From an uncultured Gammaproteobacteria bacterium (lineage in GTDB: Bacteria > Patescibacteriota > Patescibacteriia > UBA11705 > JABHMO01): 64,000 nt of DNA. The position numbers and the translations under genes are program-made. Position 1 is the first letter of the stretch. Each line of letters begins with the position of its first letter. Location: NCBI GenBank assembly GCA_964486065.1, contig CAZAKN010000005.1:60-64059 (forward strand), in the 5' to 3' direction. Shown in pieces: positions 28,133-37,427 of the stretch. Below the pieces are notes generated by a model that did not search any database, was not told where the DNA came from, and saw nothing but the letters and a program-made list of their open reading frames with translations.

Positions 28133-29482
28133 ATGAAAGATTTAATAAAAAATTTTGAATTATTTGCCAGATTTGTTGATATTACGCAAAATTTGGTTTT
28201 TTATATTGATTCAAACAAAAAAATTCTTTACACGAATTCTATAGCGGATAGATGGCTGTTTGAACATAATATGGCCAATGCCAATGGTATTTTCAAGGTT
28301 TTGCCTGATAATATTCAAGAAATAATTCAAGAGCATTTAAAGGAAGAAAAAATATATAGAAATGTTTTGGGATATGAGGATGAATATTTCAAAATTCAAT
28401 TAACTCCGCTCAAAGACAAAGACGCGGTTTTTATAACTTTGACTGATATTACAGATACTCAAAAAATCAGTTTGGAAAACGAAATTTTCAACACGGCTTT
28501 TGAAAGTTCCTTGCAAGGCATGATGATTACCGATGTTTTGGGAACCATTGTTTACGCCAATAAAGCCTTGTCGGAAATGTATGGTTATGAAAAAAGTGAA
28601 TTGATCGGTCAAACTCCCAATATTTTAAATCCCGGAGTTGATGTGTATGAAGCGCAAGGGATTTCCAAAGAAGAATATCGTCATATATTTGAAAATATGT
28701 GGGATGACTTGAGAGATGAAAGTTTGGGGTCTTGGGAAGGTGAAGTCGTAAACAAAAAGAAAAACGGTGAATTGGTTTGGGTCAGTTTGTTTACCAGCGC
28801 CATCCGCAACAAAAGGGGCGAAATTATCGCTTATTTGGGTATGCCGGTGGATATTTCGGCTCGTCGTTTCAGAGAACATAGTATTCGTTTGGAATGTTAT
28901 AATGCTTTGACTCATATGGCGGAACAAAAAGATTTGGCCAATCGCGGACATTTGAAAACTATCGGTAAATTCGCGCGACTTTTGGCGGAAGAAATGAAAA
29001 TGCCCAAACAATTTTGTGAAGACATTGAGGTTTTCTCTTCTTTGCATGATATTGGTAAAGTTGGATTGGACAATAAGATTTTGGCCAAAGGCCATGAATT
29101 GCAAGGTGAAGAATTGGATCATTATAAAGAGCACACCAAGGTTGGTTATGAAATATTGCGTGGAGTTTCCACTTTGGAGATGGCCGCCGAGATTGCTCTT
29201 TCTCATCACGAACGCTGGGACGGACAAGGTTATCCGCATGGATTACGCGGAGAAGAAATTCCTTTATCCGCGCGAATTGTCGCTCTGGCGGATATGTATG
29301 ATACTTTACGCGCGCGACGCGAGTACAAAGACGCGTTGCCTCATGATCAAGCCGTGGAAATGATTATTGAAGAAAAAGGAGGCTATTTAAGTCCGGCAGT
29401 GGTGGAGGCTTTTGAAAGAATCGCGGATCAGTTCCGCAGTGTTTATCGGCGCGCCAATAAAAAGCTGGAAAATGGACGATAA
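28133..29482 (+). CDS. PAS-domain / HD-GYP-domain protein (putative c-di-GMP phosphodiesterase)
   Basis: PAS segment SLQGMMITDVLGTIVYANKALSEMYGYEKSELIGQ. HD-GYP motifs HDIGKVGL ... HHERWDGQGYPHGL. Confidence 0.75.
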   Translation: MKDLIKNFELFARFVDITQNLVFYIDSNKKILYTNSIADRWLFEHNMANANGIFKVLPDNIQEIIQEHLKEEKIYRNVLGYEDEYFKIQLTPLKDKDAVFITLTDITDTQKISLENEIFNTAFESSLQGMMITDVLGTIVYANKALSEMYGYEKSELIGQTPNILNPGVDVYEAQGISKEEYRHIFENMWDDLRDESLGSWEGEVVNKKKNGELVWVSLFTSAIRNKRGEIIAYLGMPVDISARRFREHSIRLECYNALTHMAEQKDLANRGHLKTIGKFARLLAEEMKMPKQFCEDIEVFSSLHDIGKVGLDNKILAKGHELQGEELDHYKEHTKVGYEILRGVSTLEMAAEIALSHHERWDGQGYPHGLRGEEIPLSARIVALADMYDTLRARREYKDALPHDQAVEMIIEEKGGYLSPAVVEAFERIADQFRSVYRRANKKLENGR

Positions 29483-29488
29483 TTCCTT

Positions 29489-30964
29489 TTGTTTGCTATA
29501 ATATATAGAAGAAATAAAAATAAATTTATGCGCAAACAAACAATTGTTTTCACAATATTAGTATTGATCGGAGGGCTTTTTTTATTTGGAGGAAGCATTC
29601 AAGCTGAGGAATTGGAACAACCTGAATCGGAAATAATGAAGGATACCAATGATCTGAGATTTTTTAATTTGTCTGATTTGGATAATCATATTGAAAAAAA
29701 TATTTTGCCGGATGATTTTCAGGGGAGAGTAAGTTTAGTCGCAGGAGATATTGATGGCGACAAAATTGATGAACTGGTGGTTGCTTACGGAGGGATCAAG
29801 GGAGCTGAGTTAAAAATTTTTAACCATCGCGGACAAGAATTGGATTCATGGCAACCTTTCGGAGAAAAATTTTTCGGAGAATTGGCCTTGGCGGTGGGAG
29901 ATTTGAATCTTGATGGGAAAGCGGAAATTGTTGTGGCGCCGAAATACGGTGGCGGACCGCAAATTAAAATATATGACAATGAAGGCCATGAATTATTTGG
30001 TTCGGGTTTTTTCGCTTATGGCGAAAGTTATAGAAACGGTTTAAAATTGGCGACCGGAGACATTGACGGTGATGGAAATAAAGATATTTTAGTTAGTTTA
30101 ATTTTAGATGGTCGGGCGGTGATTCGCGTTTACAATCGTTACGCTGAAGAAATAATTTCGCCGATTCATCTGGATTTGTCGGATGCGTTTGAACCGGTGA
30201 ATGTCAGTTGTTTGGACTTGGGTTATGACCGAATTGAAGAAATAGCGGTCGGTTTGGGCGTGGGAAATGAGCCTTGGGTGAAAATTTTACGCAAAGACGG
30301 ATCATTGATAAAAGAATTCCTGGTTTATGATAGGGGATTTCAAGGCGGGGTAAATTTGCAAGCTTTAAAATACAAAAATTTGCGCATGATTGTTACTATG
30401 CCCGGTTATGGTGGCGGACCGCATATAAGATTTTTCAATACTTACGGAGATCCGATTATTCGGCCGGATTTTTTTGCTTATGACCGAGATTTTACCGGTG
30501 GCGTAAATTTGGCATTGGGACAATTTGATGATGATTATGGTTTGGAAGTAGTTTCTTTGCCGGAAAAAATCAATGTTAGTCCGGATAAAGCTTGGTATAA
30601 ATATATTGAAATAGATTTGTCGGAACAAAAGTTGGCTTATTTTGCCAGTGATCGCAAAGTGGAAGAATTTATTATTTCTTCAGGTAAAAGAGGGATGGAT
30701 ACGCCGGTGGGTAATTACAAAGTGCTAAATAAAAGTGAACGAGCATATTCTGATGAATATGAGTTATACATGCCATTTTGGATGGGATTTCGTACTGATG
30801 GCTACGGGTTACATGAATTACCCGAATGGCCCGGAGGTTATAAAGAAGGAGCCAATCATTTGGGACAACCTGTGTCTCACGGTTGCGTCAGGTTGGGTGT
30901 GGGCGCGGCTGAGAAATTGTATAGATGGTCACCGATCGGAACTTTGATCAACATACATGAATAA
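29489..30964 (+). CDS. FG-GAP-repeat protein fused to a C-terminal L,D-transpeptidase (YkuD) catalytic domain
   Basis: Repeated GDIDGDKIDELVV / GDLNLDGKAEIVVAP / GDIDGDGNKDILVS FG-GAP motifs. C-terminal YkuD signature HGLHELPEW...SHGCVRL. The likely true start is the ATG at 29528 (MRKQTIVF... signal peptide). Confidence 0.75.
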   Translation: MFAIIYRRNKNKFMRKQTIVFTILVLIGGLFLFGGSIQAEELEQPESEIMKDTNDLRFFNLSDLDNHIEKNILPDDFQGRVSLVAGDIDGDKIDELVVAYGGIKGAELKIFNHRGQELDSWQPFGEKFFGELALAVGDLNLDGKAEIVVAPKYGGGPQIKIYDNEGHELFGSGFFAYGESYRNGLKLATGDIDGDGNKDILVSLILDGRAVIRVYNRYAEEIISPIHLDLSDAFEPVNVSCLDLGYDRIEEIAVGLGVGNEPWVKILRKDGSLIKEFLVYDRGFQGGVNLQALKYKNLRMIVTMPGYGGGPHIRFFNTYGDPIIRPDFFAYDRDFTGGVNLALGQFDDDYGLEVVSLPEKINVSPDKAWYKYIEIDLSEQKLAYFASDRKVEEFIISSGKRGMDTPVGNYKVLNKSERAYSDEYELYMPFWMGFRTDGYGLHELPEWPGGYKEGANHLGQPVSHGCVRLGVGAAEKLYRWSPIGTLINIHE

Positions 30965-30992
30965 ATATAAATAATTAAATAAAAATAAAATT

Positions 30993-32147
30993 ATGAAAAA
31001 GTTAATGTTATTTATGCTCGCCTTTTGTCTTTTGGCGACACCTTCGGGAATTATGGCGGCGCGTTTCGGTGGAGGCGAACAGTATGCCGTTTCCGGCGGA
31101 GAAGTGATTGAAGATAATGTTTACGCCGCGGGAACAATGGTTAATTTGTCCGGAGAAATAAGACAAGACGCTTTTGTCGCAGGTGCGAATTTAAACATCA
31201 GCGGTGAAGTGGGAGAAGATTTGATAGCAGTCGGCTCAAATTTAAATATTTTGGGAGCGGTTGGAGATGATTTACGAGCGGCGGGAGCCAATGTATTAAT
31301 CAATGGTCAGATCGGCGGTGAAGTTTTAGTGGCCGGAGGGTTGGTGCAATTGACCGCCTCTTCCGAAGTTGAACAAGATGTTCATGTGGCCGGCGGACAA
31401 CTCAGCATTGACGGTTTGATTAAAGGTGATTTGATGGCCGGTGGAGGTATGATTAACTTAAACGGAAAAGTGGAAGGAAATGTCGTGGTTAAAGCCGATG
31501 AAAAAGTGATTATCGGACCGAACGCGGAAATCGGAGGATTATTGGTGTATTCTTCGCCAATGGAAGCGGAAATTGACGAAAATGCCACCATTGTCGGAGA
31601 GATAACTCGCGAAGCTTACAAAAAAGCCAAACATCCATATCAAAAAACCGAAGCATTTAGCGCTTTCGGAGCATTGCTCGGTACTTTGGCAATCGCTAAA
31701 TTATTAGTCTTGCTGGTAAGTGGTTTGATCGCTGTGGCCGTGTTTAAAAAAGCTTCAGCCAATTTATTGCAGAGGACTTACAAAAATTTCGGATGGGATT
31801 TATTAACCGGTTTTGTGGTTTCCATTTTACTTCCTTTAGCCGGATTATTACTCATGTTGACCGTGGTTTTATCTCCGTTTGCTATTGGCGCGGGATTGTT
31901 GTTCGGTTTGTTTTTCTTGATTGCTCATGTTTACGCCGGAATTTTCTTGGGTATTTGGGTGTTTAAATTATTTACCGGCAAAGAACAAAAACTGAATTGG
32001 AAACATGCGCTGGTCGGTATTTTAATCATGGAAATTATTTGTTTCGTGCCTCTTGTGGGATTCTTGGTGAAAACGATTTTGGCCATGGCTTTGTTCGGAT
32101 CAATGTGGTATATGTTTTATAACGGTTTTTTCAAAAAACAAAAATAG
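30993..32147 (+). CDS. Secreted beta-helix-repeat (bactofilin-like / DUF4097-like) protein with C-terminal multi-TM anchor
   Basis: Signal peptide. About 12 tandem degenerate repeats of the form G(E/D)(V/I)..D..(V/A)AG.N(L/V).I.G. C-terminal segment with about four TM helices. Confidence 0.4.
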   Translation: MKKLMLFMLAFCLLATPSGIMAARFGGGEQYAVSGGEVIEDNVYAAGTMVNLSGEIRQDAFVAGANLNISGEVGEDLIAVGSNLNILGAVGDDLRAAGANVLINGQIGGEVLVAGGLVQLTASSEVEQDVHVAGGQLSIDGLIKGDLMAGGGMINLNGKVEGNVVVKADEKVIIGPNAEIGGLLVYSSPMEAEIDENATIVGEITREAYKKAKHPYQKTEAFSAFGALLGTLAIAKLLVLLVSGLIAVAVFKKASANLLQRTYKNFGWDLLTGFVVSILLPLAGLLLMLTVVLSPFAIGAGLLFGLFFLIAHVYAGIFLGIWVFKLFTGKEQKLNWKHALVGILIMEIICFVPLVGFLVKTILAMALFGSMWYMFYNGFFKKQK

Positions 32148-32167
32148 TTAAGAATCTCTGGAATAGA

Positions 32168-32200
32168 AAAGACGGCTTCGTTTTGACGAAGCCGTCTTTG
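32168..32200. terminator. Bidirectional terminator hairpin (gacggcttcg ttttga cgaagccgtc)
   Basis: 10-bp perfect stem flanked by A-run and T-run, between convergent genes. Confidence 0.6.
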
Positions 32201-32201
32201 A

Positions 32202-32408
32202 TTATTCGGCATGAGCCAAAGCCCAGCCACTTTTGCGCAACCTTTCGTTTTGCGCCAGTAGCCGGGGTGTTTGCAGAGCGTCTGGCCAATGGCTCTGCAG
32301 TTTTAAGTTCTCCCCCTGTTGACGGAAGAACTTGTTGATTTTTTTGAAGGACATGGGCCCTTCATATTCCAAGGTTTTCTCCTGTTTTTTAAAAGTGATT
32401 TTCATCAC
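32202..32408 (-). CDS. Small hypothetical protein (68 aa)
   Basis: ORF ending at the bidirectional terminator. No family recognised. Confidence 0.25.
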   Translation of the reverse strand: MMKITFKKQEKTLEYEGPMSFKKINKFFRQQGENLKLQSHWPDALQTPRLLAQNERLRKSGWALAHAE

Positions 32409-32538
32409 TTCCTCCTAGGTTTGGGGGTTGAATGATATTAAATTTTAACATATATTTACAACTTTGTCAACACTAAATAAATTTGCTATAATTAATCCAA
32501 GCTCATTTGCCAAACTTATCATAGAAAGGAGGTGAATC

Positions 32539-32895
32539 ATGTGTGCCGGTATTTCCGCTAAATTAGCGCAATATGAAGGCAGATGGATTGTTTTTCAGGA
32601 CAACCAAAATCAAGGTCATCACTGTGGTATTGTCATGAACGGCAATGTTTACAAAGTCGCATTAAGCAAAGACGGTTCAATCAAAGGCTTTGAATATGAT
32701 TTGCAAAAAAGGCGATTCCGTTTGCCTGTACGCAAATTTATCAATGTTTTTATTGAGCCGGAAACGATTACTTTGTATCAAGAAGCTCCGAGTCATCGGA
32801 TTTTTGCTTTGATCGGCAAAGCGTTGCTGGAAGGCAGAGAATTTGCCGGTTTGGATTGGCCGTTGGCTGTTTCACAAAACGGATTGGCGGGGTAA
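32539..32895 (+). CDS. Hypothetical protein (118 aa)
   Basis: Strong SD AAGGAGGTGAATC immediately before the ATG. No family recognised. Confidence 0.4.
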   Translation: MCAGISAKLAQYEGRWIVFQDNQNQGHHCGIVMNGNVYKVALSKDGSIKGFEYDLQKRRFRLPVRKFINVFIEPETITLYQEAPSHRIFALIGKALLEGREFAGLDWPLAVSQNGLAG

Positions 32896-33046
32896 ACAAT
32901 GAGAGAAAATTTTACTTAGCCGATATTCTTCAATGGAGTGTCGGCTTTTACTTTTGTGTGTGGGTAAAAAAGATGAAGAAATTTTGCTTTTTTGCTATAA
33001 TATTACTTAATAAAGGGTTTAATCAGTTTAAATTAACATATTTAAT

Positions 33047-33313
33047 ATGCCATTTGAATTTTTAAAAAATCTTTATTTTCATTTTCGCAACACTTTGATT
33101 TGGTTGGCTTTGTATTTTGTTTTACAAGCCGCGATTTGGGGCGGTTTAGCTTGGTTGATTTGGCAATACCCCAGCGCCCTATTTATTTTGGTGGTGGTGT
33201 TTTTAGTTTTATTCGCTTTGGCCAGTTTGTATTTGGGTTTGATTGTTTTGCGTTATGTTTTCAAATTGCGTTCTTTGAAAGCGCATTTGGAAGGTAAAAT
33301 TTCTTGGAAATAA
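33047..33313 (+). CDS. Small membrane protein (two TM), hypothetical
   Basis: 88 aa with two hydrophobic helices. Directly upstream of galU. Confidence 0.3.
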   Translation: MPFEFLKNLYFHFRNTLIWLALYFVLQAAIWGGLAWLIWQYPSALFILVVVFLVLFALASLYLGLIVLRYVFKLRSLKAHLEGKISWK

Positions 33314-34191
33314 ATATGAAGCAAAAAATTAAAAAATTAATAATTCCCGTCGCCGGCTATGGAACCAGATTTTTGCCAGCCACCAAAGCGCAACCCAAGG
33401 AAATGTTGCCCGTGGTGGATAAACCAATCGTGCAATATGTGGTGGAAAATGCGGTATCCGCGGGGATTGAAACCATTATCTTGGTAACGGGGAGCGGTAA
33501 AAGAGCGGTGGAAGATCATTTTGCTTATAATTATGAGCTTCAGAGTTTTTTGAAAAAAGTCGGTAAAGATGAAAAAAGAAAAGAGATCAAAAGAATCGCC
33601 GATCAAGCCAATTTTATTTTTATCCGACAGAAAGGACCATATGGCAACGGTACACCGGTTTTATGCGCCAAGCATTTGATTGGTGATGAGCCTTTTGCCG
33701 TGGCTTGGGGAGATGAATTTTTTTACAGCACCGGCAAGAAAAGTCAGCTGGCTCAATTGATTGATGTTTACGATAAATATCAAGATCCGGTTTTAACCGC
33801 TTACGAAGTGGATAAAAAGGACACGGATAAATATGGAGTGATTGATGGATTACAAATTGAAAACGGAGTTTATCAAGTGAAAAATATCGTGGAAAAACCG
33901 GGGCCGAAAAAAGCGCCGACCAATTTGGCGTCACTTGGTGGATATATTTTAACACCTGATATTTTTGACGAGTTGGAAAACACCAAACTCGGCAAAGGCG
34001 GAGAACTTTGGTTGGTGGACGCTATCTTCAAATTGTTGAAAAAAAGACCGATTTACGCTTGCAAGATCAAGGGAGATTATTATGACACCGGCTCCAAACT
34101 CGGTTACTTGAAAGCCAATGTGGAAATAGCCTTGCGTCGTCCGGATTTAAAAAACGATTTTAAAAAATATTTGAAAAGTTTAAATTTTTAA
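33304..34191 (+). CDS. galU: UTP--glucose-1-phosphate uridylyltransferase
   Basis: IIPVAGYGTRFLPATKAQPKEMLPVVDKPIVQYVVENAVSAGIE nucleotidyltransferase signature with GalU-like collinearity. The likely start is the ATG at 33316. Confidence 0.85.
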   Translation: MEINMKQKIKKLIIPVAGYGTRFLPATKAQPKEMLPVVDKPIVQYVVENAVSAGIETIILVTGSGKRAVEDHFAYNYELQSFLKKVGKDEKRKEIKRIADQANFIFIRQKGPYGNGTPVLCAKHLIGDEPFAVAWGDEFFYSTGKKSQLAQLIDVYDKYQDPVLTAYEVDKKDTDKYGVIDGLQIENGVYQVKNIVEKPGPKKAPTNLASLGGYILTPDIFDELENTKLGKGGELWLVDAIFKLLKKRPIYACKIKGDYYDTGSKLGYLKANVEIALRRPDLKNDFKKYLKSLNF

Positions 34192-34192
34192 T

Positions 34193-35617
34193 ATGTTTAA
34201 AAAAGCCGGAACAATTAAAATATTATTGACTTTGCTTTTGGCTTTTGTTTTTTTAACCGGCGCCAGTTGTACCAAAGGGGGTGATTCTTCCGCTCGTGAT
34301 GCTTATCGTCCCGTGACTATTACCTATTGGCGAGTTTGGGACAATGAAGATGATTTATTGGAATTGATGAATGCTTATCGCGCCTTGCATCCCAATGTTA
34401 GTTTTGAATATCGTAAATTGCGTTATGAAGAATATGAAGATGAGTTACTGAACGCTTTGGCGGAAGATCGCGGTCCGGATATTTTTTCCGTGCATAATAC
34501 TTGGATGGAAAGACATAAAGCAAAAATCCTGCCTATGCCTTCACAGGTTCGCACACCGGTTAAATTTATGTCGGGCACGGTGAAAAAAGAAGAAGTTTAT
34601 GAATTTCGCGCCAGACGCGGTTATTCACCAAGTGAAATGAGAAAAAGTTTTTTGGATGTGGTTTACGATGACGCGGTTATGCCTTACAATTCTGGCACGG
34701 CGGATAAACCGGTTTATCAAGATGTTGTTTGGGGAGTTCCTTTGGCATTGGATAACTTGGTATTATATTACAATCGCGATATTTTAAATACCGCCGGAGT
34801 GATTGAGCCGGCCAAGAACTGGACGGAATTTCAAGAGCATGTAAAAAGAATGACTAGAATTGACGGAAATTCGGGAGATATTTTGGTGGCGGGGGCGGCT
34901 ATCGGAACAGGTGAAAATGTAGCGCGCAGTTTTGACATTCTTTCATTGCTTATGATGCAAAATCAAGCGATCATGATTAATGATAATGATGATGTTGTTT
35001 TCAATCGCATGCCGGGCGCTTTATCCGAGCAATTGGAAGTGCCACCCGGCAGAGGGGCTTTGGAATATTATCTTCAGTTTGCTTCACCGCTCAGCGAGGC
35101 TTACACTTGGAATGAAAATATGCCTGATTCTTTGGAAGCTTTTATGGCCGGACGAGTGGGATATTTTTTCGGGTATGCTTATCACAAGGAATTCATTGAC
35201 GCTCAGGCACCACAACTTGATTATGAAATAGCGCCAATGCCTCAAGTTTCTGCCAATCAAAAAGTTAATTATGCCAATTATTGGCTTGAAACGGTTTCCA
35301 ATAAAACCGAAGTTGTTGATTACGCTTGGGATTTTCTGTTGTTTGCCACTTCGCCGGAAAATATTGAAAAATATTTGGATAAAGTCAAGAAACCCACGGC
35401 TTTGCGTTCTACGGAAATTATCAATAAACAATTGCAAGACCCCGTGTTAACGGTTTTTGCCGATCAATTGTTGACTTCTCGAAGTTGGTATCACGGAGCA
35501 AATTCCGCTGAAGCGGAACAGGCCTTCAATGAAATGATAAAAGTGACTTTGCAAGGAGAGTTAACTCCGGAGAGAGCTATGCTTAACGCTGTGGATAAAA
35601 TTGAAAGTACTAGATAA
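34193..35617 (+). CDS. Extracellular solute-binding lipoprotein (ABC transporter family-1 SBP, probable sugar/oligosaccharide)
   Basis: Lipobox LTGASC. Length and motifs typical of SBP_bac_1. No permease or ATPase partner genes adjacent. Confidence 0.65.
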   Translation: MFKKAGTIKILLTLLLAFVFLTGASCTKGGDSSARDAYRPVTITYWRVWDNEDDLLELMNAYRALHPNVSFEYRKLRYEEYEDELLNALAEDRGPDIFSVHNTWMERHKAKILPMPSQVRTPVKFMSGTVKKEEVYEFRARRGYSPSEMRKSFLDVVYDDAVMPYNSGTADKPVYQDVVWGVPLALDNLVLYYNRDILNTAGVIEPAKNWTEFQEHVKRMTRIDGNSGDILVAGAAIGTGENVARSFDILSLLMMQNQAIMINDNDDVVFNRMPGALSEQLEVPPGRGALEYYLQFASPLSEAYTWNENMPDSLEAFMAGRVGYFFGYAYHKEFIDAQAPQLDYEIAPMPQVSANQKVNYANYWLETVSNKTEVVDYAWDFLLFATSPENIEKYLDKVKKPTALRSTEIINKQLQDPVLTVFADQLLTSRSWYHGANSAEAEQAFNEMIKVTLQGELTPERAMLNAVDKIESTR

Positions 35618-36035
35618 TATGTTTAAAAAGTTTTTAATAATTATCTTGATTTGCAGTTGGTTATTGCCTTTCGGCGCAATGGCAAAAGAAACATCGGGCA
35701 ATAATTGTCAATTTGCCAATGATTGGAGCTTGTTGCCCGTAAAGTGCACGCAATCAACTTACAGTGAGGCGATAGAATGCGGTTTGGAGGAATTGCAATG
35801 CACTTTGATTCGTTTTGCCACCATAATTTTACGCTTGGCCGGGTCAGCCGCGCTCTTAATGTTTGTTATCGGAGGAATAATGTATATTCTTTCCGGCGGG
35901 GATCAGGGAAAAGTCCAGAAAGCTACCGGTTTTTTGAAATACGCGACCATAGGTTTGGCCATGATATTATTATCAGGCTTTTTTATCAGAGTTCTTTTGG
36001 AAGTTTTAACCAATAAAGGAGTATCATATAATTAA
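35601..36035 (+). CDS. VirB2/TrbC-like (T4SS-pilin-like) small secreted two-TM protein, paralog 1
   Basis: Signal peptide, Cys-containing ectodomain, then a TM1-GG..(K/Q)..A-TM2 core (AALLMFVIGGIMYILSGGDQGKVQKATGFLKYATIGLAMILLS). Confidence 0.5.
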   Translation: MKVLDNMFKKFLIIILICSWLLPFGAMAKETSGNNCQFANDWSLLPVKCTQSTYSEAIECGLEELQCTLIRFATIILRLAGSAALLMFVIGGIMYILSGGDQGKVQKATGFLKYATIGLAMILLSGFFIRVLLEVLTNKGVSYN

Positions 36036-36036
36036 T

Positions 36037-36471
36037 ATGAAATATAAGATTCTTTGTTGTGTAGTAATATTATTAAGTGTTTTTTTCTTGAGCTTGGATT
36101 TTTCTTTTGCTAAAGATTCGGCGGAAGCTAAAGATTCGGCGGAAGCTAAAGCGATTAAAGAAATTAGTAACTTGCAAAGAGATCTTGGTTTGACACTTGG
36201 CCATAATACCAATATTACCATAGGCAATTTTATCAAAGCTTTTTGGGGAATATTGGGATCAATTTCTTTGGCTGTTTTTTTGTATGGTGGTATAATGTGG
36301 ATGATCTCAGAAGGGGATGATACCAAAATAACCAAAGCCAAAAAGACCATGATTTGGGCGGCTTTGGGCTTGTTGGTTATGTTTACTTCTTATGTGATCA
36401 TTGAATTTTTAATAGATACATTGGGGAAACAGGATATTGGTTTTCACTATATTTCCAAATATATTATTTAA
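36037..36471 (+). CDS. VirB2/TrbC-like pilin-like protein, paralog 2 (contains AKDSAE tandem repeat)
   Basis: Core LAVFLYGGIMWMISEGDDTKITKAKKTMIWAALGLLVMF. An 18-bp tandem duplication gctaaagattcggcggaa x2 encodes AKDSAEAKDSAE. Confidence 0.5.
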   Translation: MKYKILCCVVILLSVFFLSLDFSFAKDSAEAKDSAEAKAIKEISNLQRDLGLTLGHNTNITIGNFIKAFWGILGSISLAVFLYGGIMWMISEGDDTKITKAKKTMIWAALGLLVMFTSYVIIEFLIDTLGKQDIGFHYISKYII

Positions 36472-36501
36472 TATTTAATTTAATAATTAATCATTAAAGC
36501 C

Positions 36502-36888
36502 ATGATTAACATTACAAAAGTAAAAGTGGTGGCCAAAGTCGCTTTTATGGTTTTTCTGCTTTTCGCGGTAGCTATGCCGGCCTTTGCTCAATTAGATTTG
36601 GGATTGGGAGAAGTAGGAGAAGCTACGGAGCTTGGAGATACGGATATTCGTACAACAGTGGGATCCATTATCAATGCTGCTTTGGGCTTCTTGGGCGTTG
36701 TCGCGGTGGTCATTGTTTTGATCGGTGGGTTTAAGTATATGATTGCCGGTGGCAGTGAAGACAAAGTGGCTGAAGCGAAAAAATGGATTATTTCCGGAAT
36801 TATCGGTTTGGCCATTATCTTGAGCGCTTATGCGATCACTACATTTGTAGTTGGCGAGTTGATTTCAGCAACTACGGGAGTAGAATAA
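36502..36888 (+). CDS. VirB2/TrbC-like pilin-like protein, paralog 3
   Basis: Core VVIVLIGGFKYMIAGGSEDKVAEAKKWIISGIIGLAIILSAYAITTFV. Confidence 0.5.
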   Translation: MINITKVKVVAKVAFMVFLLFAVAMPAFAQLDLGLGEVGEATELGDTDIRTTVGSIINAALGFLGVVAVVIVLIGGFKYMIAGGSEDKVAEAKKWIISGIIGLAIILSAYAITTFVVGELISATTGVE

Positions 36889-36900
36889 TCTTCTTAAATA

Positions 36901-36925
36901 AGGGAGGGCTTCGGCCCTCCCGGAG
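36901..36925. terminator. GC-rich hairpin (gggagggc ttcg gccctccc) inside the pilin-like array; possible terminator or processing site
   Basis: 8-bp perfect GC stem with tetraloop. The downstream U-tract is weak. Confidence 0.35.
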
Positions 36926-36965
36926 CTCCTATTTCATTCAGCCATTAGATAATTAGTTTAGTTAT

Positions 36966-37427
36966 TTGATGATTGTTATGAAAAAGAAACTATCTTTATT
37001 GAGTTTTTGCATACTTGTTTTCTTAATGATGGTTTTTGGTTCCATGCCCGCAATGGCGGACAATTATTTGCAACAGGGTTTGGATTATACGGCGAAGCAG
37101 GCGACTTTGATGGATGATTCAGTGGAGGCAGGAGGGGGAAAACAGATTAGTGAAAGAATCGGTTATTGGTTGGGAAGAGTTATGTCTTTTATTGGTATTT
37201 TGTTTTTGGTTTTAATTTTATATGGCGGACTTATGTGGCTAATCAGTCGTGGCGATAAAACTAAAATAGCCAATGCTAAAAGCATTATAATTGATGCCAC
37301 GATCGGTCTTTTGATCACCATGTCCGCTTATGCTATTGTTAACGGTTTATTTGATGTTTTTAAAAATAATAATTTAGGTGAAACTGTTGGAAAAGCAAAT
37401 GTGGAAAATAATAAGAAAATGGTATGA
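36966..37427 (+). CDS. VirB2/TrbC-like pilin-like protein, paralog 4
   Basis: Core LVLILYGGLMWLISRGDKTKIANAKSIIIDATIGLLITMSAYAIV. Confidence 0.5.
   Translation: MMIVMKKKLSLLSFCILVFLMMVFGSMPAMADNYLQQGLDYTAKQATLMDDSVEAGGGKQISERIGYWLGRVMSFIGILFLVLILYGGLMWLISRGDKTKIANAKSIIIDATIGLLITMSAYAIVNGLFDVFKNNNLGETVGKANVENNKKMV

Noticed and set aside
28625-29239. 204-aa minus-strand ORF in the track (and similar antisense ORFs such as 682-1035, 10270-10668, 20931-21437, 35084-35437)
   Set aside because: They are fully embedded antisense to well-supported conserved genes (PAS/HD-GYP, the surface protein, SpoIID, rnpA/yidD, the SBP). They have low-complexity composition and no RBS or family support, and are most likely spurious.
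36112-36147. 18-bp tandem direct repeat, considered as a possible CRISPR or minisatellite
   Set aside because: There are only two copies, in frame inside pilin-like paralog 2, encoding AKDSAE AKDSAE. This is a coding duplication, not a CRISPR array, and no spacer-repeat periodicity exists anywhere in the window.
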